Below, piece by piece: positions 28,581 through 38,251 of a DNA stretch of 64,000 nucleotides (positions within the stretch are counted from its first letter, which is position 1; each line of letters opens with the position of its first letter). The position numbers and the translations under genes were made by a program. The notes beneath the pieces were generated by a model. The model saw nothing but the letters and a program-made list of their open reading frames with translations, was not told the origin of the DNA and made no database searches. Source of the DNA: a virus. The stretch is taken from positions 9,589-73,588 of the IMG/VR virus record IMGVR_UViG_3300036780_000012; one strand, given 5' to 3'.

Positions 28581-29324
28581 TCATGCTCCTACATTCCAAA
28601 ATAACGCTCCATCCGATCCATGCTCTTGGATAAAACTCCAAACCTTAGCATCGTAATTACTGCAACTCGGAAAAGGAGGAATGATCTTCGATGGTTGCTC
28701 GAACTTTTCCAATGCCTTCCATAGTTTTGCTCGATCCACATTACATTTGGCACCGACTTGGACAGCATTAAACTCCGATTCAGGCCATGCAGATTGCAGC
28801 GCTCGCGATAGAGTTCCACTACCGGCGCAAGCCCATACTTCTCTGGGCTTAATCGGCATCGCAACGGCAACCTTAGAGAACTCAGCAATGGCTTGCGGAT
28901 GATCTACTCCGAAGGGTACTAACGACGCCCCAACCTCTTTCGCATAGGTCCGCGCCCGAAACTGGACGACAGAGAGATAACCATTTGGGATCATAACGAT
29001 CTTTGCGCCTGCTTCTTCAGCGCGGAGCGTTCGAGCGTGGAGTTCTTTGCGCTGGGCCGTAAAGATAGTAGCTTTGACGCCAATCATGGCACAGCAATGA
29101 GCTAATGCAATCTGAGCATATCCGAAGGCAGGAGATGCGTAAACCCATTCCGAGTTTGGGTTAGATTGTATGAGCGGCAGAATATATCGCATCTTCGAGC
29201 CACCAGCGAGTAAATCATCACGCACAACATAAAATCGCCCAACCTTTTCAATTACTGGCGCTGGCAGCGAGATGGACGATTCGAGATCCAGTGAAGGCCA
29301 GTGCATGTTTAATAGTTGGCTCAT
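28581..29324 (-). CDS. fold-type II PLP-dependent enzyme (D-cysteine desulfhydrase/ACC deaminase/TrpB-like)
   Basis: VVRDDL..GGSK.R (PLP lysine), GYAQIALA, VW.CAGSGTL (phosphate loop), NYDAK.W, LFWNVG. Confidence 0.85.
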   Translation of the reverse strand: MSQLLNMHWPSLDLESSISLPAPVIEKVGRFYVVRDDLLAGGSKMRYILPLIQSNPNSEWVYASPAFGYAQIALAHCCAMIGVKATIFTAQRKELHARTLRAEEAGAKIVMIPNGYLSVVQFRARTYAKEVGASLVPFGVDHPQAIAEFSKVAVAMPIKPREVWACAGSGTLSRALQSAWPESEFNAVQVGAKCNVDRAKLWKALEKFEQPSKIIPPFPSCSNYDAKVWSFIQEHGSDGALFWNVGA

Positions 29325-29350
29325 AGTTCATCTGTCCACCTTTCGCGGAA

Positions 29351-29704
29351 TTACAACGACAATGGCTGAGTTAGCGAGAATGGCCGACTGCCAGCGTTAC
29401 CATTGCATAAACAACAGGAAACTCCATTCATCAACTCGCCCGTCTCCTCGTTAACAACCCGGTCGTCTCGAAAGCCACCATGCCCTCCCCTACTTCGCTG
29501 GTGATCGAACGTAGGGTCAACGATTAAATGATTGCCGCGAACGCAGATATTATGCTGACGTAAGCGCATTTCTTCAGTACGTCGCATGTACTCTGCTCTA
29601 CCTTTCGCTGTATCGCAGCACACCTCGCGCCCATTCGGGTATCGACGCACGGCACCGTCACAAACTAATTCATACCGTAACGATGGTTTCGCTGAAACTG
29701 TCAT
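29351..29704 (-). CDS. HNH-like nuclease
   Basis: C...H...TFDH...RG.GG..RDD...N...C..CN..GS. Confidence 0.6.
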   Translation of the reverse strand: MTVSAKPSLRYELVCDGAVRRYPNGREVCCDTAKGRAEYMRRTEEMRLRQHNICVRGNHLIVDPTFDHQRSRGGHGGFRDDRVVNEETGELMNGVSCCLCNGNAGSRPFSLTQPLSL

Positions 29705-30267
29705 GCCTGTTCACTTACTAGCCACTCGATAAAGTCCTCTAGCGTAGCGGACTCATCGGTTAATTTGTAAGCTTCGTAACAGCCTTCAATCTTCGACCAT
29801 TGACTTGCTGTGAATCGCAAGCGGTGCTCTACTACGCTTTCAATATGTTGCTGAGGAAATTCCTGCTCAAGTACCTGGCGCAGTTCGGCAGGCTTCATCT
29901 TGGCAGCTTGTCTAATTTTGGACTGGCGTCGAACTCCTGAAGAGAGTTGCTTCAGGATGCCAGCCGAACCAAGAGGAATCTGCTCTAGTTCTTTGTCGGG
30001 AATATCAGGAGCAAGTTCCTTGTAACGATTTATCACTAGGTAAAGATAACTCCGCGATCTGGGAGCGGCATCGACAATCCATTTGGTGAAAGATTCAAAC
30101 CCAAGCAGTTCCCAATCCTTATCACGCTCAACATCTACACAGCACTTCGCAATCGAGACCCAATTCGAGAATTGCTCATCAAAGGCACGGACAAAACTGT
30201 CTCGTGCTATGGCTCGCTGCTTTGGAGTTAGAGCCTCACTTGAATTTTTATTTATTTTATTAATCAT
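29701..30267 (-). CDS. HTH DNA-binding protein (DUF3102/ParB-HTH-like)
   Basis: W..LGFESF..W......SRS..Y..I...EL pattern; contains a palindrome variant at 29909. Confidence 0.55.
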   Translation of the reverse strand: MINKINKNSSEALTPKQRAIARDSFVRAFDEQFSNWVSIAKCCVDVERDKDWELLGFESFTKWIVDAAPRSRSYLYLVINRYKELAPDIPDKELEQIPLGSAGILKQLSSGVRRQSKIRQAAKMKPAELRQVLEQEFPQQHIESVVEHRLRFTASQWSKIEGCYEAYKLTDESATLEDFIEWLVSEQA

Positions 30268-31007
30268 TCATTGCCGCCGTCATAGCACGTACATGGCAAG
30301 TGATTTACTCTGGGTGGCATCAGCATCGTTTCTTGATCCCGATGGAACTCTATGATCTGCCGCCACGAATGAGTTCTCGCAAGGCCTTTGATCTGGTAAA
30401 GTTTCGTTGCATTGTTCTCCATGCCTAGCGCCCGAAGTAATAACTCAGGGTGCGCTTTTCCAAGGTCTATAATCTCCTGCTCCTCCATTTCTGGACAGAA
30501 GAAGCATGATGATTTTGGCGGCACGTCGAAGCCGTTGCGTTCAATCGCCTGTACACACTCTTCCCTGTACCAACCCCATTCAATCAAAGGATATTGATTC
30601 CATGGCCGATCAACTGCCATACGATGTGGCTCGCCAGCATCGAATCCGATCAATTTAACATGCTCACTAATGCCAAGGGATTTTAGGTAACGCTCTTGCG
30701 GTCGAATCTTGAACTTGTCGGAGCAGGATCGCCTACCCATTACAATAGAAGGTAATGTATTTGCGGCAAGGCATTCTTCCTCTAGTGTAAATCTTTCCTC
30801 GCGCACCGTGACGATTGCGGGAAATCCATGTCGCTCGCACCAGCAAGAAAATGCTTCCAAGTGCTGATACGTCTCAGGCTTTTCGCCACCCGTATCCGCG
30901 AATAGAATTATGTCTGGCCGCATGCCGCGCTCCCACATTCCAATTAACATTGCCGTCGAGTTGACGCCACCTCCGAAGCTAGCTACAGTTAGCATTTCTT
31001 CTCCCAT
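30264..31007 (-). CDS. PAPS reductase-family (PP-loop, DndC/CysH-like) protein
   Basis: VASFGGGVNSTA PP-loop, FADTG.E...TY, RSCS..FKI.P, GFDA.E..R, YPL, KSSC.FCP. Confidence 0.88.
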   Translation of the reverse strand: MGEEMLTVASFGGGVNSTAMLIGMWERGMRPDIILFADTGGEKPETYQHLEAFSCWCERHGFPAIVTVREERFTLEEECLAANTLPSIVMGRRSCSDKFKIRPQERYLKSLGISEHVKLIGFDAGEPHRMAVDRPWNQYPLIEWGWYREECVQAIERNGFDVPPKSSCFFCPEMEEQEIIDLGKAHPELLLRALGMENNATKLYQIKGLARTHSWRQIIEFHRDQETMLMPPRVNHLPCTCYDGGNE

Positions 31008-31029
31008 TCACAGAATATATCGACCATCT

Positions 31030-31983
31030 TCATTGCTCAAACTCCGTAAAATCTTTCCGAATCGACTCAGGATTCCCGCGAAAGAAACACATCACGTACT
31101 GATGCGCACTACCAGCCTTACGCCCCTTGGCAAATTGACCATTCACTCGTAATGGCAATGAACCAATGGGCGTCAGCAAAACGAATTCATTGTAGAGTTT
31201 GAATCCTGCACCAAGTAGAGCCGAAGCTGTAGGTTGACGCATGTCACGGATAAAACCTTCATCGTCGCGGATATTTCCTACCACCACAATCGCGAAGCGT
31301 TGCGACTTCAATCTGCGAGCAGCGAGCAGCATAATGCGCTGATACTTGATTACAAAGTCTTGCCAGTTATCCAGTGTACTTAGGTCGCGGCGGTCGTTTG
31401 AATAACGTTCAAGATTCCAATACGGGGGACAAGTGAATAGCAGATCGTACTCATCTCCCACCATGTTTTCCAGATTCACGCTATCGCCGCATATCCAGTG
31501 CGGGTTAGGCTGACAAGGAATTTCAATTGCCTGTTTCACGTTCGCATCAATTTGCTCTTGACGAAGATCAATGCCGACGTACTGATAGCCAAGACGACCA
31601 GCTACAATGCCGCGCACGCTGCCACCAGCGAATGGGTCGAAGATACCGAGCGTCGATTTCTCGGGCATATACCATGAGTAAAACAGTTCGCAGAGAACGG
31701 GATCGAAGATGCTACTGGCGTTGCCATCCTCTCCTAAAGCATCACCACGGCCATCACCGCGCCCACGTGCAGCATAATTAGCCGCAGGCATGGCTGAACC
31801 GCCCGGAGCCGCCCAACGCCCCCCCTCGCCTTCCAGTCCTAAAGACAGCCAGTCCCGTTTCCGATCCTGCCACCTGCCCGTTCTCTGGTCGAGCGTCGTA
31901 AATGGCGGCTCTATGAACCTTTGACACATCGCTCCACCGGGAAGTTTATCTACGGTCGTATTCCCGAACAAATCAGTTTCCAA
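31030..31983 (-). CDS. amino-DNA methyltransferase
   Basis: S.FDPVL.E, FDPFAGGSVRG (motif I), FTCPPY (motif IV); TTG start after GGAGG. Confidence 0.85.
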   Translation of the reverse strand: METDLFGNTTVDKLPGGAMCQRFIEPPFTTLDQRTGRWQDRKRDWLSLGLEGEGGRWAAPGGSAMPAANYAARGRGDGRGDALGEDGNASSIFDPVLCELFYSWYMPEKSTLGIFDPFAGGSVRGIVAGRLGYQYVGIDLRQEQIDANVKQAIEIPCQPNPHWICGDSVNLENMVGDEYDLLFTCPPYWNLERYSNDRRDLSTLDNWQDFVIKYQRIMLLAARRLKSQRFAIVVVGNIRDDEGFIRDMRQPTASALLGAGFKLYNEFVLLTPIGSLPLRVNGQFAKGRKAGSAHQYVMCFFRGNPESIRKDFTEFEQ

Positions 31984-34210
31984 TGACTTCCTCCTCGTCC
32001 AAAATTGGACTGTCGATAGCACTCTCTGAGAACAAACCTTTATTCATCGTTGCGGCTGCCGCAAGATTTGCGCACGCCTGCTTCCAGTAAGACTCTTTTA
32101 ATTCGATCCCGATAAACTTTCTTTGCACCTTGACTGCCTCATACCCCTCACTACCGATCCCCGCGAAAGGTGAAAGTACGGTATCAAATGGGTTCGTCCA
32201 CAACTTCAAAGCACGAGCAATTACTTCCAACTGCAAAGGACATATATGCCGCTCGTCGCGTTCTTCGCGTGCCGATTCACGTTGCAAAGTATCGCTCGGA
32301 TTGATATCCATCCAGACAGGAGAGGCATAGCGCTGCCAGACTTGTACCGGTAAATCCTCTGCCGTATGAGTTACACGTTGGGGATTGTCTCCATGCTTTC
32401 GCATTGTTACCAGATAATCCGGAATGCCTTGACGGCTCATGCACGAATCTTTCTTGAGTTGTTTATGAAGTAATCCGAGAGCTTTGGTTCGCTGCATCGC
32501 AGTCACAGGATCTTTCCAGATAGTTACCTGCGAATGCAGAATGAATCCAGCCTGCTCGAATAGAGCAATGAGCTTGCCGCGAAAATCCGTGATACCAATT
32601 ACACCGTCTCGTTCTTTCGATGTAGGGAGGTCCATGCAGTGAAAACTCATCAGTCGCCCAGGCAGCAGAACTCGTAGCAATTCGGGAGCGAGAAAGCGAA
32701 GATGCTCAAAGAACTCCTCATGCGTCCGGGAATTCCCCATATCACGTTCTGAAGCTGAATACGTGTAGAGCGATGCGAACGGAGGGGAAAAAATACTGTA
32801 GTGAATTGAGTTGGCGGGGAACTTGGATAGAACCTCCACGCAATCACCTAGATGCATCGTCCAGACTTCGCCAGCATCAATCTTGTGCTCGTAATTGACT
32901 TTCTGGCGAACATTGCCCTTGATCTCTGCTTGATTTAATTCGTGCATGTTGTTCACCATCTCTTCTGCCATCCTCTGAGCATCGGCCTCTTTGCGTTTGA
33001 TATTCTTCACTACTTCTCCCTCGGCTGTACTGGTAACTATGTAACAATCAACTTCTTGCTTTTGTCCGAACCTCCAACACCTTCTCACCGCTTGGTAAAA
33101 TTGTTCGTATGAATCAGACAACCCGAGAAATACAACGTTATGGCAGTTTTGCCAGTTGAGCCCGAATCCTGCGATGCTAGGTTTCGTGACCAGTATCCGA
33201 ATCTTGCCCGTAGCAAAGTCAATCATGCTGCGTTCTTTGAATTCAATCGAATCAGAGCCGCATACCTCAACTGCTCCGTCAATTCGCTCGACCGCAGCCC
33301 GACTTTCACTGTTAAGATTGCACCATATTAACCATTGCTCTTTTCGCTTTGCAGAAACAATTGCCGCTACCTCGTCGGCCCGTTCCTCGACACTCTTAGA
33401 TCGGGCTTGTTGGCGCTCTTGTAGTGTAACGGCTGGCATCTGAAAGAGCATTCCTTCCGTGCATGTTTCGGCATCGACCTGACGCTCGTGAATTCTTAAG
33501 GCAGGCAGTTGAAACAGATCATCGTTATATCCGAGGTCTGACGGTTTGCGTAGCATTACTGCCCAAGAACATACCCACTTCCAGAACTTCGTCTCAGCAT
33601 GACCCTTGAGCCGCCATTTCGATGTATCCCCACCATCATGCACAAAGAATGTTGAAAGCATTTCTGTGCGCGTCAGGTTGCCTAAAAATTCTGAATGGTT
33701 ACCGAGTTCCATGAAGTCATTCGGGGCTGGGGTTGCCGTACATGCAAGTTTGTACGGGGTATCACGAAATCTCTCGATAATTAGATTGCGGAACTTCCCT
33801 TCAAAATGCTTGACAATGCTCGATTCATCTAGGATGATTGCTTCGTATTTATTCGCATTGAAGTGCTCTAACATTTCATAATTGGTGATTGTAATAGCAG
33901 CATCGCGTTCAGGCTTGCGCTGATAACAGACTTCAACATCGAATTTCCCGCCTTCGCGCACCGTTTGAGGAGCTACGGCAAGAGGGGCGAGAATCAGCGT
34001 CTTAACTTTCAATGCATCGGCCCATTGCAACTGCATTGGTGTCTTACCTAATCCACAATCTGCAAAAATAGCAGAGCGCCCTTTGCGAGCGGACCATCGC
34101 GTAATATCTATCTGAAAATCAAACAACTGCTTATTTAGGCCGACAATATCTTTTCCAGATGCGACATGCGTCACTACTTTTGACGCTAAGAATTGTTTAT
34201 AGTTCTTCAC
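31973..34210 (-). CDS. SNF2-like helicase fused to N4/N6 DNA methyltransferase
   Basis: DCGLGKT, LDESS, TATPAPND, GLNWQ, QAVRRCWRFGQ helicase motifs, then GDC, FSPPF, HICPLQL, SPFAGIGSEG MTase motifs. Confidence 0.92.
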   Translation of the reverse strand: MKNYKQFLASKVVTHVASGKDIVGLNKQLFDFQIDITRWSARKGRSAIFADCGLGKTPMQLQWADALKVKTLILAPLAVAPQTVREGGKFDVEVCYQRKPERDAAITITNYEMLEHFNANKYEAIILDESSIVKHFEGKFRNLIIERFRDTPYKLACTATPAPNDFMELGNHSEFLGNLTRTEMLSTFFVHDGGDTSKWRLKGHAETKFWKWVCSWAVMLRKPSDLGYNDDLFQLPALRIHERQVDAETCTEGMLFQMPAVTLQERQQARSKSVEERADEVAAIVSAKRKEQWLIWCNLNSESRAAVERIDGAVEVCGSDSIEFKERSMIDFATGKIRILVTKPSIAGFGLNWQNCHNVVFLGLSDSYEQFYQAVRRCWRFGQKQEVDCYIVTSTAEGEVVKNIKRKEADAQRMAEEMVNNMHELNQAEIKGNVRQKVNYEHKIDAGEVWTMHLGDCVEVLSKFPANSIHYSIFSPPFASLYTYSASERDMGNSRTHEEFFEHLRFLAPELLRVLLPGRLMSFHCMDLPTSKERDGVIGITDFRGKLIALFEQAGFILHSQVTIWKDPVTAMQRTKALGLLHKQLKKDSCMSRQGIPDYLVTMRKHGDNPQRVTHTAEDLPVQVWQRYASPVWMDINPSDTLQRESAREERDERHICPLQLEVIARALKLWTNPFDTVLSPFAGIGSEGYEAVKVQRKFIGIELKESYWKQACANLAAAATMNKGLFSESAIDSPILDEEEVIGN

Positions 34211-34236
34211 TTGCTTCCTTTCACAATCCTCGCTGA

Positions 34237-34464
34237 CTACTTAACCCAATTCCCCGCCAGTCGCCAATTGCGCCGCATCTGCGCGATGTTAATCTCACTT
34301 ACTCTGATGATTCTCACTAACGTATTTCTATGGACATTCAAACTCCGAGCGCACTCGCTGATATTGAGACCGCATTCGTTTAGCCTGAGAATTACGAACT
34401 CTCGCCGATACTCCCACATCGCCTGATGCAGACTGGCGCGATTCGTAACTCTAGGTAATTCCAT
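34237..34464 (-). CDS. Fis-family HTH protein
   Basis: L....GLN.SECARSLNVHRNTL. Confidence 0.7.
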   Translation of the reverse strand: MELPRVTNRASLHQAMWEYRREFVILRLNECGLNISECARSLNVHRNTLVRIIRVSEINIAQMRRNWRLAGNWVK

Positions 34465-34672
34465 ATTTGTCCATCCACCGCTTCAGTTCCATCGTATCTA
34501 TTCCCAAAACGTTTGAGGTATGTACGATATTCCCGCGATTGAGTTCGAGCGCTCGTACGATAACTGTATTGCGGAAACGGTCCACGATCTCATCCAGTCT
34601 GCGACGGTAGAGCTGGATACTACGGTCGATTAACTCTACGACGCTTCGTTGTTGAACTAGCGGAGTATTCAC
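34451..34672 (-). CDS. Fis-family HTH protein
   Basis: I.RAL....GN...T...LGI....L...M.KYG. Confidence 0.65.
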   Translation of the reverse strand: MNTPLVQQRSVVELIDRSIQLYRRRLDEIVDRFRNTVIVRALELNRGNIVHTSNVLGIDTMELKRWMDKYGIT

Positions 34673-34681
34673 ATGTTTCTC

Positions 34682-36343
34682 CTAAAACGGCGCATCGCTT
34701 TTCGCATCTTCATGTCTACGCCATCCATTCTTTGGCGGTTCCCACGATACTCTTGCTAACTCCGTTGAATCATCTGCTCCGCGAATGATGCGCCAGTAAA
34801 ACGGGTCTACTGGCTCCGCAATCTTCAACTCGCATTCAAACTTTCGTGTCCAAGGCATCTGATCTTCCATCTGCGTAATGCCTACTACCCACTCTAGCCA
34901 TCCGGCAATTGCCGACCCGCCGCGTACTCGCTCCGTCAATCGCGTTCCCGGTAGATTGTTCTTGCTTTCATGGTGGATAAGGCAGATAGAAACTCCCGTA
35001 TCACCCTGAATCCGATTCATCGTATTGACAACCTTTTGCATATCATTGTTGTCATTCTCGTCTCCCGCATGAAGAACACGCATTACATCAAGAATCAGGA
35101 ATTCGCTTTGATACCGTTTTAGGTCTGCAATGAGTGCAGTTACGTCGTCGGGATAGTCCAGCATGATCTTCGGCTTGAGTCCCTTCGCGTTGATATACAA
35201 CCAGCCTTCTAAGTCGATATTTGTAAGATTACGAAACTGCATAATCTTCGTCTTGCGCACTTGGGTTAAGCCTGAAGAATCTTCTCGGCTAACTAATGCG
35301 ACTCGAATACGGCGCGGAATGTAGAAGTCCATCCACTTCTGCCCGGAAGCGAGAGCGAGAGCGAGGTCGAGGACCATATAGCTTTTCCCACTCTTAGGAT
35401 GCGAGATGAAAGAACCGTTTGCTCCAGCTTGAACTAAACCTTCCACAAACCAGTTCACCGTTTCTTGCCGCGTAGCATCGAACTCGGCAGGAGTCATAAA
35501 CAGCGTAGTTGCTGCACTACTCTCTTCCGGCTTCCACCATTTCGTTTTCTTCGCCAGGTCCAAGAGGTCCGCTACTGAATGAGTTTTCAGGAAGTCGCTA
35601 ACATCTCCATGCTCGGGTAACTCTGGGAGTTCTACGATCTTCACACCTTGAGCGTAGCGTAAACAGGAAAGCGCGATGCGAGCCGCATGATCTCTTCCCG
35701 GCTTATCGTTGTCGGGGATAACAAGCACCTGCTTACCAGCCGTATAGAGCGCGAAATCATCTAGCCATTTACCAGCTCCGCGCGGGGAAGTAGTCACCGC
35801 CAGGTGTGGAAACTTCCCCGCTAGAGCCGTCGTCAAGTTATCGGCATCGCGTTCGCCCTCTACGACAATCAAATTCTTCGCGGTTATTACTTCAGGTAAT
35901 TTGTAGAGAACCATTTTCAGATTCTCGGTTTTCCAAATCCAACCGCCCTTTGCGTCAGGCTGACGCTGGGCGAAACGTTTACCGGGATAACGAACTACTT
36001 GAAACAGGAGTTTCCCAAAAGCATCGGTGTAAGGATAAATCGCTTCCGGCTGCTGCCCGAAGTTTAGATGCTGCTCACCTACAATCTCCGCGATCCGAGA
36101 TAGGGCGGCGTCCTTATCACAGCTAGAAAACAGCATCTCGAATTCTAGGACGCCACCTTGTCCGCATCCCGCGTGACATTTCCATGCACCTTTTTCGGTA
36201 CTGATTGAAAGCGATGGAGCCTTGTCATCATGGAAACAGCATTTTGCCATATAACCGGAACCGGATCGGCGCATTCGGTTATCGGCTAGACGAGTTTCGA
36301 AGTAACGGCGAAATTGAGATTCTGTTAGGTCGGAGAGTTTCAC
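34682..36343 (-). CDS. primase-helicase (CHC2 Zn finger + TOPRIM + RepA/AAA_25 helicase)
   Basis: CCFHDD..PS...WKCHAGC, VVEGE.D, PDND..G, PKSGKS, ILD, IHH, RGGSAI. Confidence 0.92.
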   Translation of the reverse strand: MKLSDLTESQFRRYFETRLADNRMRRSGSGYMAKCCFHDDKAPSLSISTEKGAWKCHAGCGQGGVLEFEMLFSSCDKDAALSRIAEIVGEQHLNFGQQPEAIYPYTDAFGKLLFQVVRYPGKRFAQRQPDAKGGWIWKTENLKMVLYKLPEVITAKNLIVVEGERDADNLTTALAGKFPHLAVTTSPRGAGKWLDDFALYTAGKQVLVIPDNDKPGRDHAARIALSCLRYAQGVKIVELPELPEHGDVSDFLKTHSVADLLDLAKKTKWWKPEESSAATTLFMTPAEFDATRQETVNWFVEGLVQAGANGSFISHPKSGKSYMVLDLALALASGQKWMDFYIPRRIRVALVSREDSSGLTQVRKTKIMQFRNLTNIDLEGWLYINAKGLKPKIMLDYPDDVTALIADLKRYQSEFLILDVMRVLHAGDENDNNDMQKVVNTMNRIQGDTGVSICLIHHESKNNLPGTRLTERVRGGSAIAGWLEWVVGITQMEDQMPWTRKFECELKIAEPVDPFYWRIIRGADDSTELARVSWEPPKNGWRRHEDAKSDAPF

Positions 36344-36714
36344 GCAAACACTCCCGCCAACCCATCTTCCGTCATCCAGGTTTGAGGAATCTCAGGTCCG
36401 ATTAAACCACGCAGCGTTGCGAGCTCCTGCCAGTCCAAATACATCGGCGGTAAATCCGTTCTTTCAAACGTTTCTATTTCATGGCAGCGGCGACAGAGAA
36501 CTTCGAGGTCGCTATCCAGTTCACGTCCTATACGCTGATAGTTCTTATGGTGAACATGAAGGCGCTGATCGTAGAACAGAAGTGCGGCGACATTTAGGAT
36601 CCCGCACCGATTGCAAGTCGGATGATCGAACAGGAATATCTTTCGGCGTTGGAGCCATTGCTCGGAAGAAAGATAATCACAGTATTCGCTTCGAGTTCTA
36701 ATTTGCGATTTCAA
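36340..36714 (-). CDS. HNH endonuclease
   Basis: YL.S..W...R, CNRC, LHVHH..Y...G.E...DL..LC..CH. Confidence 0.8.
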   Translation of the reverse strand: MKSQIRTRSEYCDYLSSEQWLQRRKIFLFDHPTCNRCGILNVAALLFYDQRLHVHHKNYQRIGRELDSDLEVLCRRCHEIETFERTDLPPMYLDWQELATLRGLIGPEIPQTWMTEDGLAGVFA

Positions 36715-37433
36715 TGGATCGCCTTTCGCTGAGAAAAGCCATTCTCATATCGGTCGATCCATTTCGTAAAACGATCCTCGGAGTTAAATAACTGCTCCCA
36801 GTCAAGATAACCGTTAGCTTTATGGAATTGTGAATCGCAGAGTTCGTCGATAATATGCTTGAACGTCGTTCCTACCCGAGCGCGGATAAGAGTATTAGGC
36901 GTTCCCTCAGAACGCTCTATGGCAGATTCTTCCTTCCATCGCTTAGCTGCCATTCTATATCTTGCTTTAGTTAGAGAATAGCGTGTAGATTTACCTGCCT
37001 GCTGACAAAAGTACGCAAAGGCTTTTGGGATTGGATCATCACTCTCGACTATATTTTCAGCAGCGGAGAAGAGAGTTTGATCCTGTCCGATTGATCCCAC
37101 TTATTGAACTGCGGGAGATGCCGACTGACTTACAGGTTTAGCGGACCGCTGTTTGTCTCGCTCAATCTGCTGCTGCTTTGTAAGTAAATTCCTCTGACGG
37201 TTAATCTCTTGTTGCATATTGCCAACCTTGCGAATCAGGTAAAGAATCGCCGCCGAGTCCGGAGAAGGTAACGCTCGATGTTTTGCTCTCAGTTCATCGA
37301 GTTTAAGGTTTGAATTCCGTTCGTCATCGTATTCTCTGAGTTTTCGTTTCAGTATCTCCAGTTCAAGTAATACTTCTTTTTCTTCCATAACACTCTCCGT
37401 TTTGCTACCGTCCATTTTGAAAAGAAAGATCAC
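36711..37433 (-). CDS. putative replication initiator, two in-frame ORFs (37101-37433, 36711-37100) separated by one TAA
   Basis: Same frame and abutting; no SD before the GTG at 37100; C-terminal part resembles phage replisome-organiser C-terminal domains; upstream of primase-helicase. Confidence 0.45.
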
Positions 37434-37690
37434 GGGCTAAAGACGTTCGAACTCGAAAATATGTTCGCTCCGGTCCTAACTGAGTACCCGATCCAGTGTC
37501 TCTTACGCCTGCCACGATGGGCGGACACACCTCTGCCTTGCGGCAGCGCCGTCTTTAACTGTCCTGTTTTCAGGAGTCACGAATTTCTCCGTGTGGATAG
37601 TCGGTACTGCCGTTAGCCCGAACCTCAGAAGGGCCGAAGCTGCTTGAGTGGCAGAAAAAACAAAATCCGAATTGTAATGATTTTGCATTC

Positions 37691-37771
37691 AGCCAGTACA
37701 TCATTTCAAGGAGAACAGGTTAGTGGGTGTTGGTGGATGCACTGGCTAAGGAGCTACACCATAGCACCCAC
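37691..37771 (-). ncRNA. structured 5' leader (stem-loop with pseudoknot or alternative pairing)
   Basis: GUGGGUG..UGGUG/CACCA.CACCCAC stem; loop AGCCAGUGCAUC pairs over 12 bp (one GU) with GAUGUACUGGCU next to the AUG at 37688. Confidence 0.55.
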
Positions 37772-37800
37772 ATTCCCGGCTCTTTGAAAAGCTTATGAAG

Positions 37801-37830
37801 AGTCTAAAATAACGCGCCCCTGAAAGTAAA
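37801..37830 (-). promoter_or_regulatory. sigma70-type promoter for replication module
   Basis: TTTACT-N18-TAGACT with upstream GAAATTATTTCC, similar to the promoter at 25570-25598. Confidence 0.55.
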
Positions 37831-38251
37831 GGAAATAATTTCAGATTCTTACTTCGAGCGTTTCTCTATCACCAACTGATGTGTTCTCAGGTTATCCCTG
37901 TCGTGTTTCTGAGATTCTTCGATAGCCATAAACCCAATTTGGCAGACATGACACCAGACGCGGTAGGGAAACGGAATTACAAACTGAGGAGCTACGTGAA
38001 GGTGAAGTAGAGGCTTCATGTAGTTGACTCCACAATCCTATACTTCATTCCGGGACTCACAAGACCTAAATCGTTAACGCATATTTCTGCCTCGCGTTGT
38101 GAATTGAATCCATTAGTAGGATTCATACAAGAACGTATCCACGGACCCTCGACGTTTTTGACGGGAATTGTTATTGTGTCAGAGGTAGGTCGAACTTGAT
38201 TAAAATATGGGTGCGTCCCAGTAGACCGAGCTTCTATGAACCATCTAACCG

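Noticed and set aside
30264-31007. cysH auxiliary metabolic gene for sulfate assimilation
   Set aside because: Context is DNA methyltransferases; no other sulfur assimilation genes
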